DNA of 64,000 nucleotides, from the UHGV virus genome UHGV-1519562. One strand, 5' to 3'. The notes below the pieces were generated by a model. It ran no database searches. It was not told the origin of the DNA and saw nothing but the letters and a program-made list of their open reading frames with translations. The translations under genes were made by a program, and so were the position numbers. This stretch comes from a virus. This document shows positions 33,388-43,009 of the stretch, in pieces (the stretch's first letter is position 1; each line of letters begins with the position of its first letter).

Positions 33388-34176
33388 ATGAATACACAGC
33401 CTGTATCTTATTTACAAACAGACGCAAGATGGAAAAATATTAGTTATTCAGCAAAAGGTGAATCAACTACAATTGGCGCTTCTGGCTGCGGCCCCACCGC
33501 AATGTCTATGGTTTTAGCTACATGGGCAGATAAAAAAGTTACTCCAAAAACTGAATGTGCTTGGGCTTTAGCGCATGGTTATAAAGCCCCTCACCAAGGA
33601 ACTTATTATGGATATTTTAAGCCTGCTGCTGCACGATACGGTTTAACAGCCTATATGTTGAATGGTGCAAATATTTATGGTAATAGTTCTAGTAAATATC
33701 ATAATTTAGCAAAAGCTGAAATTGATAAAGGTAATTTAGTTATAGCTTGTATGGGCAAAGGATTATGGACAAGTAGTGGTCATTTCATTTTAGTGTGGAA
33801 TATTCAAGGAAACACTATTTATATTAATGACCCTAACAGCACAAAAACCGTACGCACTAGAGGTAATTATAGTCTTTTCAAACAACAGGTAAAATATTAC
33901 TTTATAATTGAAAAACCTAAAACAAATAATAATAAACCTACAATTAAACAAGAGGAGGATGAAGATATGACTCAAGAAAAATTTAATGAAATGATGAATA
34001 ATTATTTAGTTCAATTAGCTAAGCAAAATGCTGATTGGGGCAAAGATGAATTAAATTGGGCAGTTTCTATGGGACTAATTAAAGGTGACGAAACTGGCAA
34101 ATTAATGCCTAATAAGTTTTTAACCAGACTAGAAGGCGTCACTATAATGAAGAGATTGTATGATAAGCTTCGTTAA
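33388..34176 (+). CDS. endolysin candidate: papain-fold (C39-like) cysteine peptidase with C-terminal SLH domain
   Basis: ASGCGPTAMSMV Cys motif and GHFILVWN His motif; C-terminal NWAVSMGLIKGDETGKLMPNKFLTRLEGVTIMKRL (SLH-like). Confidence 0.55.
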   Translation: MNTQPVSYLQTDARWKNISYSAKGESTTIGASGCGPTAMSMVLATWADKKVTPKTECAWALAHGYKAPHQGTYYGYFKPAAARYGLTAYMLNGANIYGNSSSKYHNLAKAEIDKGNLVIACMGKGLWTSSGHFILVWNIQGNTIYINDPNSTKTVRTRGNYSLFKQQVKYYFIIEKPKTNNNKPTIKQEEDEDMTQEKFNEMMNNYLVQLAKQNADWGKDELNWAVSMGLIKGDETGKLMPNKFLTRLEGVTIMKRLYDKLR

Positions 34177-34501
34177 AAAAAATAGAAACAAAAGAAAAAA
34201 GAAAAAAGAATTTTCAAAAGTCCTTTTAGCTCAAGAATCTGCTTTAATATGGGTTCATTCTCTTGCTCATATTATTCTAGCATTTTATTGCATTCACGAA
34301 GGATTTACTGGCTCTTTGCCTTGGTTAGCCGCGGAAGCCAGTTTACCTTGGGCTGCTTATGCAGTTAGTCAAGCTTTTTATTATAATAAAGCCACTCGTG
34401 AGAATACTAAAAATGGCATAAAATATGAAACTGTGATGAATAATCTGACGCCACAAACGCCCACTTCTTCCGATGAACCGGACGTTTTTGGGCCGATTTG
34501 A
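34160..34501 (+). CDS. holin-like membrane protein
   Basis: two hydrophobic segments, basic N-terminus, immediately after endolysin. Confidence 0.4.
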   Translation: MISFVKKNRNKRKKKKEFSKVLLAQESALIWVHSLAHIILAFYCIHEGFTGSLPWLAAEASLPWAAYAVSQAFYYNKATRENTKNGIKYETVMNNLTPQTPTSSDEPDVFGPI

Positions 34502-34508
34502 AGATTAT

Positions 34509-34560
34509 ATGGGTTATAAACTCACCAAAGGTGAGTTTATAACCCTTTATTTGTTTTATT
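34509..34560 (+). terminator. rho-independent terminator after lysis genes
   Basis: stem GGGTTATAAACTCACC / GGTGAGTTTATAACCC plus T-rich tail. Confidence 0.65.
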
Positions 34561-34600
34561 TTTAAAAAAATGATATAATATTATTAAAGAATAAAAGATT
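34561..34600 (+). promoter_or_regulatory. promoter-family copy (extended -10 TGATATAAT)
   Basis: read directly, after terminator. Confidence 0.4.
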
Positions 34601-34658
34601 GATTTATTAATAATATTATACTACTTTTATTTAAGAAAATCAAAGAAGGGAGAATTAA

Positions 34659-35153
34659 ATCATAGGTACTATTATTTACACTGATGGGTCAACTTTAAAA
34701 AATGGTAGTAAAGATGCTTCTGGAGGCTATGGAGTAGTTGTTTACAAGTATCTTAAAGACCCCAAAAATTTACATTTAGTAGATGCTTTTGCTCATCAAA
34801 CTATTGGAACTACAAATAACAGAGAAGAAATGAAAGCTATTCTTTGGGCTTTATATAATTATGGGGTTTCCGCGGATTCTTTTACTTATCCTATTGTTTA
34901 TACAGATTCTTTATATTGTGTAAATACTTTCAATGATTGGATGTATAGGTGGAAAAATAATAACTGGCGAAAAGCAGATAAATCAACTCCTGAAAATTTG
35001 GATTTAATAAAATTTTATGATATAATATATAATAAATGGAATAGAAAGATTGATTTAAAAAAAATTAAAGGTCATGCTGGTATTGAAGGCAATGAACTTG
35101 CTGATGATTTAGCTACTGGTAGAGTGACTGTTAAGGAGGTATTGGGTGAATAA
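34659..35153 (+). CDS. rnhA: ribonuclease H (RNase HI-like); no canonical start codon found in frame
   Basis: IYTDGS...GGYG, REEMKAI, YTDSLY, KGHAG...NELADDLA catalytic motifs; frame opens right after TAA with ATC/ATA codons; track ORF 34830..35153 is only the C-terminal part. Confidence 0.6.
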   Translation: MIGTIIYTDGSTLKNGSKDASGGYGVVVYKYLKDPKNLHLVDAFAHQTIGTTNNREEMKAILWALYNYGVSADSFTYPIVYTDSLYCVNTFNDWMYRWKNNNWRKADKSTPENLDLIKFYDIIYNKWNRKIDLKKIKGHAGIEGNELADDLATGRVTVKEVLGE

Positions 35154-37026
35154 TTTATATAATAAAGATTCAATTCAAAGTCTTACTCCACTAGAATTTA
35201 CAAGACTTAGACCTGGAGTATATGTTGGTTCTACTGAATATTCAACTCAGCTATTGATTGAGATTGTTTCTAATGCAGTTGATGAGTTTAAAGCAGGTCA
35301 TTGCACTGAAATTAATGTAACTATTTCAGATAATAATGTAATCACAGTTAAAGATAATGGGCAAGGTTTTTTAATTAATTCCACTAGAGAAGATGGAAAA
35401 ACAATTCTTGAAGCTGCTTTTAGTGTGCTTAACACTTCTGGTAAATATACTGAAGATGGTGTTTATGAAGGTACCGCGTTAGGTCTAAACGGAATCGGCA
35501 GTAAGTTAGTTGTATTTTTAAGTCATTGGACAAAGGTACTTAGTTATCAAAAAGGAAACTTTGAAGAAGTTTCTTTTGAAGAAGGAATTTTCAAAAACCG
35601 CAAAACTGGTAAAGTAAAAAATGATAAAAAAGCTGGTACTGTTGTTACTTGGCAAGCGAGTGAAGAATTTTTTACTCACCCAGAAGTAGATTTAAAAATT
35701 ATTAATAATCTTTTTGAAGTTTTAGTTTGTTTATGTCCAGGTTTAACTATTACTTTAAATGAAAAAACTTTTTTCTCTAAGAATGGATTAACTGATTTGG
35801 TTGATTCTACTGTAGACAAAAATAGCGAAATTATTAAAAATAGACTTAAAATTGATTTTAAAGATAATAAGAATGAATTAAATTTAGTATTAACTTATAC
35901 TGATAAATATTCTTCTACTATTGTTCCTTATGTTAATACAGGACTTACTGATACTGGCCCGCACATTACTCAAATTAAAACTATTCTAACAAGAGAAATG
36001 AATAAGTTTTTTAGAGATAAAGGTTGGCTGAAAGAAAAGGATAGTAATTTATCTGGTGATGATTGTCAAGAAGGATTATATTTAGTTTTTAACATTACTG
36101 CTCCTGGTATAGCTTATGATGCTCAGACCAAAAGTAGAATTGTTAAAATTGATATGCACCCTTTCGCAGGAATCATTGCACAAGAATTACAATATTGGTT
36201 TGAAGCAAATGAAAAAGAAATAAAGAAAATCGCGGATAAGGCGATTAATGCTCGAAAAGCTAGAGAAGCAGCTCGAAAAGCTAGAGAAGCTGTTAGAGAT
36301 AAGGGCAAAAAAGAAACTGGTCTTAAAGCTAAAATTGCTTTAAGTAATAAATTTATTGATTGCACAAATAAACATCCAAGCCAGCGTAATTTACTGTTAG
36401 TCGAGGGTCTAAGCGCAGGATCTTCTGCCGTTGAAGCACGAAATCCCAAAACAGATTGTATTTATATGTTAAAAGGCAAAACTATTAGCCCTAGAAAACA
36501 ATCTGTTGAAAAGATTCTTGCTAATCAAGAAATCTCCGATATTATTAAAGTAATTGGTGGAGGTTTTGATAAAACTTTTGATGTAGATAAAATGCAATTT
36601 GACAAAATTGTAATTACTTCAGATGCAGATTCTGATGGAGCTAGCATTGAATTACTTTTAACTACATTCTTTTTTACTTATATGCGGCCTTTAGTCGAAG
36701 CAGGAAAGCTTTATAGAGCAGTTACTCCTTTGTACATTATTCGTCAGAAGAATAATGAATACTATGCTTATACTGATGAAGAACTTGAAGAGTGGAGAAC
36801 TCAGCATCAAGGCACTTATGAGCTAGTAAGAGCGAAGGGTTTGGGCGAGTTAAACGCACGTGATCTTCAGAAAGTTTGTTTTGAGCAAGAACGCTATAAA
36901 AGAATTACCATTAGCGATGCAGAAAAAGCTGATGAATTACTTGAAATTTTAATGGGAGTTAAAGTAGAACCCCGCAAACAATATATTTATGAAAATGCTA
37001 CTGAGCTTGGTTTTACTTTTGATTAA
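35146..37026 (+). CDS. type II topoisomerase ATPase/Toprim subunit (GyrB / T4 gp39-like)
   Basis: GHKL ATPase motifs (IEIVSNAVDE, GLNGIGSK), Toprim EGLSAG and DADSDG. Confidence 0.8.
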   Translation: MNNLYNKDSIQSLTPLEFTRLRPGVYVGSTEYSTQLLIEIVSNAVDEFKAGHCTEINVTISDNNVITVKDNGQGFLINSTREDGKTILEAAFSVLNTSGKYTEDGVYEGTALGLNGIGSKLVVFLSHWTKVLSYQKGNFEEVSFEEGIFKNRKTGKVKNDKKAGTVVTWQASEEFFTHPEVDLKIINNLFEVLVCLCPGLTITLNEKTFFSKNGLTDLVDSTVDKNSEIIKNRLKIDFKDNKNELNLVLTYTDKYSSTIVPYVNTGLTDTGPHITQIKTILTREMNKFFRDKGWLKEKDSNLSGDDCQEGLYLVFNITAPGIAYDAQTKSRIVKIDMHPFAGIIAQELQYWFEANEKEIKKIADKAINARKAREAARKAREAVRDKGKKETGLKAKIALSNKFIDCTNKHPSQRNLLLVEGLSAGSSAVEARNPKTDCIYMLKGKTISPRKQSVEKILANQEISDIIKVIGGGFDKTFDVDKMQFDKIVITSDADSDGASIELLLTTFFFTYMRPLVEAGKLYRAVTPLYIIRQKNNEYYAYTDEELEEWRTQHQGTYELVRAKGLGELNARDLQKVCFEQERYKRITISDAEKADELLEILMGVKVEPRKQYIYENATELGFTFD

Positions 37027-37038
37027 AGGAGGAAAAGA

Positions 37039-39414
37039 ATGAGTTTAATTACAGAAGTTGATATTCTTGATGAAGCCAAAGAAAACTTTTTAACTTATAG
37101 TTCGGAAGTTTTAACAGATAGAGCTATTCCTTCAATTGAAGATGGTCTTCTTTCCGCACAAAGAAAAATTCTTTGGACTATGGAAGATTATCTTAAAATG
37201 AATAACAAAAGTAAAACAAAAAAGTGTAACGCTATTGTGGGAAGTACATTAGCAACTAGCTATTTTCATGGTGATGCTAGTTGCTATGGAGTTTTATGTA
37301 AAATGTCTCAGGATTATCTTATGCGATATCCTCTAATTGCGGGACAGGGTTCATTGGGTACGCAAGAGAATAATGATATGGTGGCTTCTGCTAGATATAC
37401 AGAAGCTAAACCTAGTATTTATGCAGATTTGATGATGAAAGATTTTAAAAAGAATATTGTCCCAACAAAAGAGACATATAATGGTGAATTTATGGAACCA
37501 GTTATTCTTCCTTCACTTTTTCCTAACGCAATTTGCAATGGTAGACAGGCTATTGGTGTATCTATGAGCCATAATAGTAGTCCACATAATCTAACAGAAG
37601 TATGTGAAACTGCAATCGCGTTTATTCAGAAAAAAATTTCCAATACTAACGATCTGCTTAAATATTTACCTGGGCCAGATTTTCCATTAGGCGGTACTAT
37701 TATTAATATCAAAGATATTTATACTGCTTTTAATACTGGTCATTCCTCTGTTTCTTTAAAGATTCAAGGAGATTATGAGATTAAAGATAATAAAATTATC
37801 TTTACTACCATTCCTTATAGAACCTATCGAAATAAAATTAAAGAACAGATTGAAAAAAATGTAGATGTTTTGGCAGAAGTAATTGAGGATTTTGACGATG
37901 AATCCAATGTTGGACAAAATAAGTTAATCTTTTACGTTAAGAAAAACGTAAATCCGCAAATTGCTTTAAATAGATTATTTAAATTAACTGATTTGCAGAC
38001 TACCCTTTCTTATAATATGAACTTTATTGTTAATGGTACTCCTAAACTTTGTTCTATGTTAGATTTAATTAAGAATTATGTTTTACATCAAGAAAACATG
38101 TTAATTAATTCTACTACTTTTGACAAAGAGAAAGCAGAAGCTAGAGTTCATATTTTGGAAGGTCTTATCGCCGCGGTAGATAAAATTGATGAAGTAATTA
38201 AAATTATTAAGCAATCTGAAAATAATCAAATGGCAAAAGAAGGTTTGATGGCTTTTCTTTCTATTGATAAAATTCAGGCAAATGCAGTTTTAGACATGAA
38301 ACTCGGCAAATTAAGTAAAATTAACAAAAATGAATTAATTCAAGAATTGGAAGATAAAAAGAAGTTTATTGAATATTGTATTGGTATTTTAACCAATAAA
38401 GAAATTCGCGATAATACTTTAATTAATATTATTACTGAATTAAAAGATAAATATGGAGATAAGAGAAGAACTAAACTATTAAACTTAGAAAATAATAATA
38501 TTGAAACAATAGTCCCTGATATTGTCCCTGAAAATTGTGTTGTATCTATTACTAAATCTGGTAATATTAAACGCATTCCTAGCAAAAATTATAAAACACA
38601 AAAGCGCAATGGTGTAGGTATTAAAAATAATGATGATATTATTTCTTATATTTGTGATACTAATACTATTGATACTTTAATGGTTTTTTCTTCTAAGGGG
38701 AAAATGTATCGTTTGCTGGTGAACAATATCCCAGAAGGGACTAATTCTTCCAAAGGAAGTAATTTAAATACTTTAATTAAGTTTGATAAAAATGAATTTC
38801 CTATGGCTTTTGCTTCTTTACATCAAGGAACAAATGCAAAGTATGTTTTTTTTGTAACTAAGAATGGTATTATTAAAAAGGTTGCTTTAGAGGAATTTAA
38901 TAATACTAAAAGAAATACAGGTGTTGTGGCAATCTCTTTAAAAGAAAATGATGCACTTAGAGCTGTAACTTTTATTGAAGAAGAGACAATGTTATTAATT
39001 ACCAAAAATGGCACTGTTTTACATTTTGATTCAAAAGATATGCCAATTTCTTCTCGGATCGCGCAAGGAGTAAAAGGAATTAATTTGCGCGAAGGAGATA
39101 GTGTATTTACCTGTTTACCAGTTACAAATAATAAAAATAATCTAGCTTTTATTAGCAAAGATGGCAATGGCAAACAAGTTTTATTAAAAGAATTTGTATT
39201 GCAAAAAAGAGGTGGAAGAGGCACTTATGGCTATCGAGGAATCATTGCGGGCTGTTGTTTAATTAATAATAGTAATAATTTATTGATTGTGGGAGATAAA
39301 TCTACTATTAAAATTTCAGCAAAAGAATTGACATTAGGAAGTAAAGTCGCACAAGGAGTAAAAATTATTAAGAATAATAATAAGATAAATTCGGTATCTA
39401 AAATTGAGGAGTGA
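37039..39414 (+). CDS. type II topoisomerase DNA breakage-reunion subunit (GyrA / T4 gp52-like)
   Basis: DGLLSAQRKILW and active-site Tyr context SARYTEAK. Confidence 0.8.
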   Translation: MSLITEVDILDEAKENFLTYSSEVLTDRAIPSIEDGLLSAQRKILWTMEDYLKMNNKSKTKKCNAIVGSTLATSYFHGDASCYGVLCKMSQDYLMRYPLIAGQGSLGTQENNDMVASARYTEAKPSIYADLMMKDFKKNIVPTKETYNGEFMEPVILPSLFPNAICNGRQAIGVSMSHNSSPHNLTEVCETAIAFIQKKISNTNDLLKYLPGPDFPLGGTIINIKDIYTAFNTGHSSVSLKIQGDYEIKDNKIIFTTIPYRTYRNKIKEQIEKNVDVLAEVIEDFDDESNVGQNKLIFYVKKNVNPQIALNRLFKLTDLQTTLSYNMNFIVNGTPKLCSMLDLIKNYVLHQENMLINSTTFDKEKAEARVHILEGLIAAVDKIDEVIKIIKQSENNQMAKEGLMAFLSIDKIQANAVLDMKLGKLSKINKNELIQELEDKKKFIEYCIGILTNKEIRDNTLINIITELKDKYGDKRRTKLLNLENNNIETIVPDIVPENCVVSITKSGNIKRIPSKNYKTQKRNGVGIKNNDDIISYICDTNTIDTLMVFSSKGKMYRLLVNNIPEGTNSSKGSNLNTLIKFDKNEFPMAFASLHQGTNAKYVFFVTKNGIIKKVALEEFNNTKRNTGVVAISLKENDALRAVTFIEEETMLLITKNGTVLHFDSKDMPISSRIAQGVKGINLREGDSVFTCLPVTNNKNNLAFISKDGNGKQVLLKEFVLQKRGGRGTYGYRGIIAGCCLINNSNNLLIVGDKSTIKISAKELTLGSKVAQGVKIIKNNNKINSVSKIEE

Positions 39415-40508
39415 TATTATTGTATCCAGAAGCTAAAATGATTCCGCCAATGAAAATCTGGAAAATTCCTTCTGATATGGAAGCATATAAACTTCCAGAA
39501 ATTTTAAATTCTAAAGAGTATTTTGCTGAAGAAAAAATTGATGGTTATTGGTATCAGTATGAAAAAACAGAACATTATTCCTATCTTTTTAGTAGAAATA
39601 TTTCTAAAACAACTGGATATTATTCTGAAAAGGGTGAAAATGTACCTCATATTATGAAGGCTTTAGATAGTTGTCTTCCTCCTAACACTACTTTAATTGG
39701 AGAAATTTTTTATCCAGGAAAAACTTCAAAAGAAGTAACAACTATTATGGGGTGTTTACCAGCTACCGCAATCAAAAGACAAAAGAATAACCTTATTCAT
39801 TATTATATCCATGATATTATTCAATATAATGGATGTAATTTAGTTAATTGTCCTGCTTGGGATAGGTATAAAATTTTAAAAGCAATTTGGGATAAACATT
39901 ATTTGGGTCAGTTTAATTTTCTTAAATTGGCTTTTGCTTTTGATACAAAAATTCAAGAACGTCTTGATATTATTTTAAAAGTGGGCGGAGAAGGACTTGT
40001 TTTAAAAAAGAAAAATTTGCCGTATTATCCTGATAAACGTCCTGCTTGGTCTACTATTAAAATTAAACGTACAGATAGTGTGGATTTAGTCTGTATTGGT
40101 TTTTGTCCTGCTACCAAAAAATATACAGGAAAAGATTTAGAGACATGGGAGTATTGGGAAACTCCTGATGGTTTGCAAGAAGGACGTTATTATATAAACT
40201 GGATTAAAGATAAAGACAACTATACTCCTATTACTAAACCTTATTTTTTTGGTTGGAAAACTGCACTAGAGGTAGGAGCCTATGACAATACAGGAAAATT
40301 AGTTAAAATTGGAACAGTTTCTTCTGGCTTAACAGATGAAGATAAAAATCTAATTCTTAAAAATCCAGAAGAATTTTTAAATCATGTTGTCAGTATTGAT
40401 TGTATGCAAATTGATAAAAATGAACACACTCTGCGGCATCCTCATTTTATTAAAATCAGAGAAGATAAACCAGCAAAAGATTGTTTAATAGAAGAAATTT
40501 TTTCTTGA
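39411..40508 (+). CDS. ATP-dependent DNA ligase-like protein
   Basis: motif I EEKIDGY (KxDG), motif III LIGEIF, motif IV EGLVLKKK. Confidence 0.6.
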   Translation: MILLYPEAKMIPPMKIWKIPSDMEAYKLPEILNSKEYFAEEKIDGYWYQYEKTEHYSYLFSRNISKTTGYYSEKGENVPHIMKALDSCLPPNTTLIGEIFYPGKTSKEVTTIMGCLPATAIKRQKNNLIHYYIHDIIQYNGCNLVNCPAWDRYKILKAIWDKHYLGQFNFLKLAFAFDTKIQERLDIILKVGGEGLVLKKKNLPYYPDKRPAWSTIKIKRTDSVDLVCIGFCPATKKYTGKDLETWEYWETPDGLQEGRYYINWIKDKDNYTPITKPYFFGWKTALEVGAYDNTGKLVKIGTVSSGLTDEDKNLILKNPEEFLNHVVSIDCMQIDKNEHTLRHPHFIKIREDKPAKDCLIEEIFS

Positions 40509-40563
40509 TTTTTTTAAAAAAATATAATATAATATAAATACAATAAAGGTTAAGGAAAAAATA

Positions 40564-40773
40564 ATGACAAAAAAACAAATTAAAAAAATTGCATCTGAAA
40601 TGACTGCATTAGAAAAAATCCATAATGATGGAGACAGTAGTCAAGATCAAATTGCTAAGGCTGAAAAGCGTATTATGCAATTAACAGAAATGATTATGCG
40701 GTTGCCGCACGGTCAAGGCTTTGAAGTTATGGCAGAAATTGATGAAATTATTCAAAAGAATTTGAAAAATTAA
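40564..40773 (+). CDS. hypothetical protein
   Basis: 69 aa ORF. Confidence 0.5.
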   Translation: MTKKQIKKIASEMTALEKIHNDGDSSQDQIAKAEKRIMQLTEMIMRLPHGQGFEVMAEIDEIIQKNLKN

Positions 40774-40800
40774 AATTTTTTTGATATAATATATACATAA
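40772..40800 (+). promoter_or_regulatory. sigma70-like promoter (-35 TTGAAA, 17 bp, TGnTATAAT)
   Basis: read directly. Confidence 0.5.
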
Positions 40801-40886
40801 ATTAAGTTAATAACTATGAAAGAAATAATACTCATAGATTATTATATAAATTAAAAAAATATTTAAATAAAAGGAGATAATTAATT

Positions 40887-41153
40887 ATGGCAATGTCCGA
40901 CAATTCTAAGAAGGTTTTTGAGTATTTGAAGAATAACGCTGGTACTGATATGACGAGTGCTGATGTGGCTGGCGCACTGGGTTTGGAGAAGCGTCAGGTC
41001 GATGGTATTTTTACTTCCGCTATTCAGCGTAAGGGTTATGGTATTCGTGTTCCCGCTGAGGTTGAGCTACCTGATGGTACTCATAAGGCTATTAAACTGC
41101 TTCAGTTGACCGAGGAAGGTATGAACTTTACCCCTGACGATATTGATGATTGA
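40887..41153 (+). CDS. hypothetical protein (GC-richer codon usage)
   Basis: 88 aa ORF, AAAGGAG RBS, terminator downstream. Confidence 0.6.
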   Translation: MAMSDNSKKVFEYLKNNAGTDMTSADVAGALGLEKRQVDGIFTSAIQRKGYGIRVPAEVELPDGTHKAIKLLQLTEEGMNFTPDDIDD

Positions 41154-41168
41154 TAATTAATGTAAAAG

Positions 41169-41198
41169 GAGGACTTTTGTCCTCCTTTTATTTCTCTT
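41169..41198 (+). terminator. rho-independent terminator
   Basis: stem AGGAGGAC / GTCCTCCT plus T-run. Confidence 0.65.
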
Positions 41199-41215
41199 AA
41201 AGAGGTGTAATAAAA

Positions 41216-41875
41216 TTGGGCAAAGTTATTATCCAATCCGCAACTACTAAGAATCCTCTTCATCTTATCGGCGTTGAAGCGGGAGTATGTTGGAACGCAA
41301 AAATCACAAATAAAGATAATAATATCAAAAGAGCTAAAGAATGTATTGAATCTGGGCATGGAAGAGTTATGGAATTTCCACAAGTTTATATGATCCTTGA
41401 AGGATATAGCGCAAAAACTTTGAGAGAATTTTATACTCATATTTCAGGTGGCCCCACACGATTACAGGCATCAACTCGCTATATCAACTATGATTCTTTT
41501 TCTTTTGTTTCTCCTTCTTTTACTTCTAAAGAAATGAAACAAAAATATGAAGAAAGTATGCAGTCGATTGCTCAGAATTATAAAGTATTAGTTGATATGG
41601 GGATGCCGATTGAAGATGCTAGTCTTTTGCTTCCTCTTGGTATGGAAACAAAAGTAGTAGTAAGAACTAATTTGCGGAATTTAGTTGATATGTCCCATCA
41701 AAGAATGTGTAAACGTGCTTATTGGGAATATCAAAATGTTATGCAGGATATAAAAAAAGCACTTGCTATTTACTCAGAAGAATGGAAATATTTGGTAGAT
41801 CACTTATTTGTTCCTAAATGTCAATATTTCGGCAAATGTACCGAGAAGCATTCTTGCGGTAAATTGAAAAATTAA
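41216..41875 (+). CDS. thyX: flavin-dependent thymidylate synthase ThyX-like
   Basis: 219 aa; HISGGPTRLQASTRY region resembles the ThyX RHR...S signature. Confidence 0.55.
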   Translation: MGKVIIQSATTKNPLHLIGVEAGVCWNAKITNKDNNIKRAKECIESGHGRVMEFPQVYMILEGYSAKTLREFYTHISGGPTRLQASTRYINYDSFSFVSPSFTSKEMKQKYEESMQSIAQNYKVLVDMGMPIEDASLLLPLGMETKVVVRTNLRNLVDMSHQRMCKRAYWEYQNVMQDIKKALAIYSEEWKYLVDHLFVPKCQYFGKCTEKHSCGKLKN

Positions 41876-41969
41876 AAAAAATATTATACAATATTTATAG
41901 AAAATAAAAAGAAAAGCCTCTTTTCAGAAGTGGCAATAAAAAAAATAATTAAATCAAAAGGAGAAAATA

Positions 41970-42926
41970 ATGAGTAAGAAGTTTATTAATGCAGTACATT
42001 TGAATGGTTTTGTTCATAGTCACAAGCTTGAAAAGAAGGTTTCTGGCAGTGCTTCTAAGAATCCTGGTACTGAGTATATTCGTGGTGATGTTAATATTGC
42101 AACAGATAATAAGTGTCTGAATGTTGTTACTGTTCATTTTAGATATGTAACCGCGGTTACTGCTCGTGGTACTAATGATACTTATAATATTCTTGAGCGA
42201 ATTTTGAATAATGATCTGGGTAATGTCATGGATAATGGCAAGGATAATGCGGCGTATGTAAGAATTGATACTGCTATTGCTTTGAATGAATTTTATGATA
42301 AGAATGATATGGAAAAGCTGGTAAGTAATCGACGTCTTGAAGGTGGTTTTATTCATCTTGAGGTTTGCCCCGAAGAGGGAATTGATGAATCTAAGAGTGC
42401 AACTTTCAATGAAGATATTGTGATTAATAATTGTGTGCGTTATGAGGCAGATGATGAGAGAGGTAAGCCTGAGCGTGTTGTTATTAAGGGCGCAGTTTTT
42501 GATTTCCGTAAGGCGCTGCTTCCTGTTGAGTTTACTGCTGTAAATCCTGCGGCGATGGATTATTTTGAAGGACTGGAAGCAAGTCCCAAGAATCCAGTTT
42601 TTACTCGTATTCAGGGTAAGATTATTTCTCAGACTGTGGTAAAGAAGATCGAGGAAGAGTCTGCTTTTGGCGAAGCAATTGTGAGAGAAACCCCTCAGTC
42701 TTATAAGGATTATGTAGTTAATTGGGCGCAGCAAACTCCTTATGAATGGGATAGTGAAGATACTATTCTTGCTTCTGAACTTCAGGATTATGTTGCAGCA
42801 CGAGAGATTGCTCTTGCAACTATTAAGAAGAATCAGCTTGATTATCAGAATAAAGCAAATAATAATGCTATTAGTGGCGGAACTGGAGTTACAGTTAATT
42901 CTAGTAAGAATGATTATGATTTTTAA
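41970..42926 (+). CDS. hypothetical protein (GC-richer codon usage; possibly abundant)
   Basis: 318 aa ORF. Confidence 0.65.
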   Translation: MSKKFINAVHLNGFVHSHKLEKKVSGSASKNPGTEYIRGDVNIATDNKCLNVVTVHFRYVTAVTARGTNDTYNILERILNNDLGNVMDNGKDNAAYVRIDTAIALNEFYDKNDMEKLVSNRRLEGGFIHLEVCPEEGIDESKSATFNEDIVINNCVRYEADDERGKPERVVIKGAVFDFRKALLPVEFTAVNPAAMDYFEGLEASPKNPVFTRIQGKIISQTVVKKIEEESAFGEAIVRETPQSYKDYVVNWAQQTPYEWDSEDTILASELQDYVAAREIALATIKKNQLDYQNKANNNAISGGTGVTVNSSKNDYDF

Positions 42927-42940
42927 TTAAAATTTTATAT

Positions 42941-42978
42941 GAATGAGCTTTTTTAAAGCTCATTCATATTTTTCTTTA
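42941..42978 (+). terminator. rho-independent terminator
   Basis: stem ATGAATGAGCTT / AAGCTCATTCAT plus T5. Confidence 0.65.
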
Positions 42979-43009
42979 AAATTATTTTATTTAAAAAGGA
43001 GATTGTTTT

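Noticed and set aside
36243-36300. Direct 21-bp repeat (GCTCGAAAAGCTAGAGAAGC x2) inside the GyrB-like gene
   Set aside because: In-frame duplication encoding KAREAARKAREA in a linker; coding-sequence duplication rather than a regulatory or mobile repeat.
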